DNA of 64,000 nucleotides from Octopus sinensis. Its lineage: Eukaryota. How positions within the stretch are numbered: position 1 is the stretch's first letter; each line of letters starts with the position of its first letter. The notes below the pieces were generated by a model. It was not told where the DNA came from. It worked only from the letters and a program-made list of their open reading frames with translations, and searched no databases. The position numbers and the translations under genes are program-made. Location of the stretch: positions 18,537,360 to 18,601,359 of the forward strand of contig NC_043019.1 of assembly GCF_006345805.1 (NCBI RefSeq). Reading direction: 5' to 3'. Positions 61,637 through 64,000 of this stretch are shown here, in pieces.

Positions 61637-61859
61637 TTATTATTATTATTATTATTATTCAGTAGTTTTATTTTTATAGCGTGCTTTCACTTCACTACCG
61701 AGCGCAGCTCTGTGTGCCTTGGGTATGTGCTGTGATTTGTTGTGATGCTCTGATTTTGTATATCTGTATGTGTTTCTGTGCATGTTTGTTTTGGATGTGT
61801 GCCTGGGGGTATGTTAGAGTATGTTTAATTGTGGTCTGTATTTTTGAATTAAATTATTT

Positions 61860-62400
61860 TCCCTATTTATTCATGTTTGGTCTGTGGTATTGTCTGGGCA
61901 TTGGTATAGTGGGGAAACTAAGAATTTGGGGGACTTATTGTGTGCACAGAGGTCTAAGTGTCCACTAAGTGGTATCTGTCTTGTGGTGGGGTCCCTCAGT
62001 TCTTGGCGGTGAACTGTCATCCTTTCTCTGAGGGTAAGGCTCGTTTGCCCTATGTAGTCTTCGTGACACCCTTCACATCTTATGACACAGATGCGCAGGT
62101 GAAATTATTTTTTATGATAAAGGTGTATCCCGACTGGAACTTGTACGTCGATCCCTCAAAGAGGTGGATGCAAGTCCTGCAGTTGGAACGACCACATTTT
62201 TTGACGGTGGGCAGTGGGTTTGTGTTGTGTAATTTTGAGTTGGTGAGTAGGTTTTTTAGGGATTTAGGTTGTCCCTTACTTTTTATTATTTTGTGAGTTG
62301 CGAGTAATTTTTTTAGGCGTGGGTCTTGATTTAGCTGTGGAATGTTGTTGTATATAATAGTGTAAGCTTCTGCATTTCTTGGGTTGTGTGTTGAGAGAAG
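61860..62400 (-). mobile_element. Penelope-like element GIY-YIG region, decayed
   Basis: Hand translation: QPKSLKNLLTNSK, KCGRSNCRTC, FTCAS, then frameshift to C..CHEDYIGQTSLTLRERMTVHR. Confidence 0.75.
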
Positions 62401-62478
62401 AGACAGCTACTGGGTCGAAATAATGGTTATACTGAATAAAGATTCATACCAAATTCATTTTCCGTTTTCCTCATCAAT

Positions 62479-62543
<65 letters not shown>

Positions 62544-63079
62544 ACATAATTCTGTTGATCAGTCTTGGCCTGATTACGACAATGTTGGAAGATACAAACC
62601 AGGAATTTAGGCCAGATACCTATTTGTATTTGAAGCTATAACGAAAAATACTACAATTTGTTTTGTAAAAGCACTACTTTTTAAAACTATGTCTTAAATG
62701 TATATAAGGTCTACTCTGTCAAGACAAATATCGCAGTTTCTAGGCTTACAATAGAATATCTGCGTTAATTATGATATACAGAATGAGGACTAATACTTCT
62801 TTAGTCGCTACTAAACAATTTAGGCAGCGTGATCCATAGTAGTATTAGCTGAGAGTCTATGTGTGTATTTTATTGCACACACACACACACATGCGCATGC
62901 ACACACGCATATATATATAATATTAGTTTGACACTCGGGAAAATGAACAAGTTTTTTACGTTTTGAGCCTATGCTCTTCAACAGAAAGGAATAAGAGAAA
63001 ATAAACAGATGAAAAGGAGAATGAAAAAACTTGTAGATTTCAGCAATCCAGCATGGCAAATGATTGGAAAAAAAAAGTT

Positions 63080-63500
63080 ACATCTACTTCTAGAGATCTC
63101 TCCAATGTATGCCATGTTTTTGTCCTTACAAGAACCTTCTTCGCACCTTATGCTGTAGACTACATTTCTAATTTTACAGTTAATGCCAGGGGTTAATCTT
63201 ACATACTGCGCAGTTCTCATTAATGCATGTGGTATTTCCGAAGGGTCTTCATCCTACATAACTGCAATCTGATGGAGCCACCTGTCTTCTCAACGATCCC
63301 AACACTGAGTCTGATCTCCTTTAGAACCTTCCTGAATCTACAGGCTGATTCCCCATAAGATGTGGCCTCTACAAACATCACCCCTTGGTATTTGTCAGCC
63401 CTGTACCATGTGTTCACTCTTTTTGCTTTGTCACTAATCCTGTTTACTATTCCAGTTTTTACATTTGTATCTAGGGTGGGTACCACTGGCTTCATCACAT
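63080..63500 (-). mobile_element. Penelope-like element linker plus GIY-YIG N-terminus
   Basis: VMFVEAT..G, IVEKTGGSI, C...NVVYSIRC....C....YIGEISRS. Confidence 0.7.
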
Positions 63501-63742
63501 GTAATGTTATCTAATTACCTTCTAGCTCCCCTATATACACAAGTCATATCTTTCTGGTCATACCCAGAGAATTGCATGCAGTGTATGAAGTTCTATATAT
63601 GTTACCTTGTTTCATAGGGTTTGCATAGGGGGACATGTTATTCATTATCGTATGTCTGCTATCAGTATTGTAATTTTCATGAAGTGTGACAAGGCTAATT
63701 TCTTGTGTACAACATATTTAGAAGCTGTGAGTTTCATGTAAT

Positions 63743-64000
63743 GTTAGTTAGTTAGTTAGTTAGTTAATTTGGCTCAAAAGCAAATAGCAAGGCCATGTAG
63801 GGGGACATGGAGTTAAGTACAGGGTGGTGTTCATGTAAAGAGTTCAGTCCACTTGAGGTCCAGGGAGGCTTTTAACAAAGCGGTCGTTGGCATCTTCACC
63901 ATCTCGTCTGGCAGCTTGTTCCACGGATCCGCAACCCGGACGGAGAAAGCTCCTCTCCTTCGATTGAGATGAAATCGTCGCAGGTAGAGCTTTTCGGAAT
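63743..64000 (-). mobile_element. CR1-type LINE 3' end (runs off the window)
   Basis: RRRGAFSVRVADPWNKLPDEMV...LKASLD; 3' tail (CTAA)n. Confidence 0.8.

Overview
Eukaryotic, AT-rich, microsatellite-dense, repeat-dominated window with no intact host protein-coding gene. The repeat mix (RTE LINEs with (GAT)n tails, tRNA-derived SINEs, R4/Dong, CR1, Penelope) looks like a cephalopod (Octopus-type) intron or intergenic region; that is an inference. It holds about 7 RTE copies of one family, 2 BovB-like RTE 3' fragments, about 6 R4/Dong (RT+REL) copies, 3 CR1-type LINE pieces, 3 Penelope GIY-YIG fragments, a decayed Helitron, a mariner relic, MITEs, SINEs and a tRNA-Ala(AGC) pseudogene. The most striking signal, invisible in the ORF track, is about 10 type I hammerhead ribozyme motifs plus half-motifs. 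They sit in short non-coding units, usually next to (TA)n tracts, arranged as monomer-plus-partial direct repeats or as inversions (Penelope pLTR / retrozyme-like). Two unrelated families carry a compensatory U3-A8 core, one has a CUGAUGCG core variant, and one inverted duplication is circularly permuted around a 362-nt monomer. Two small candidate exons of a possible secreted host protein are reported at low confidence. All structures were read by eye; no folding or database search was run.
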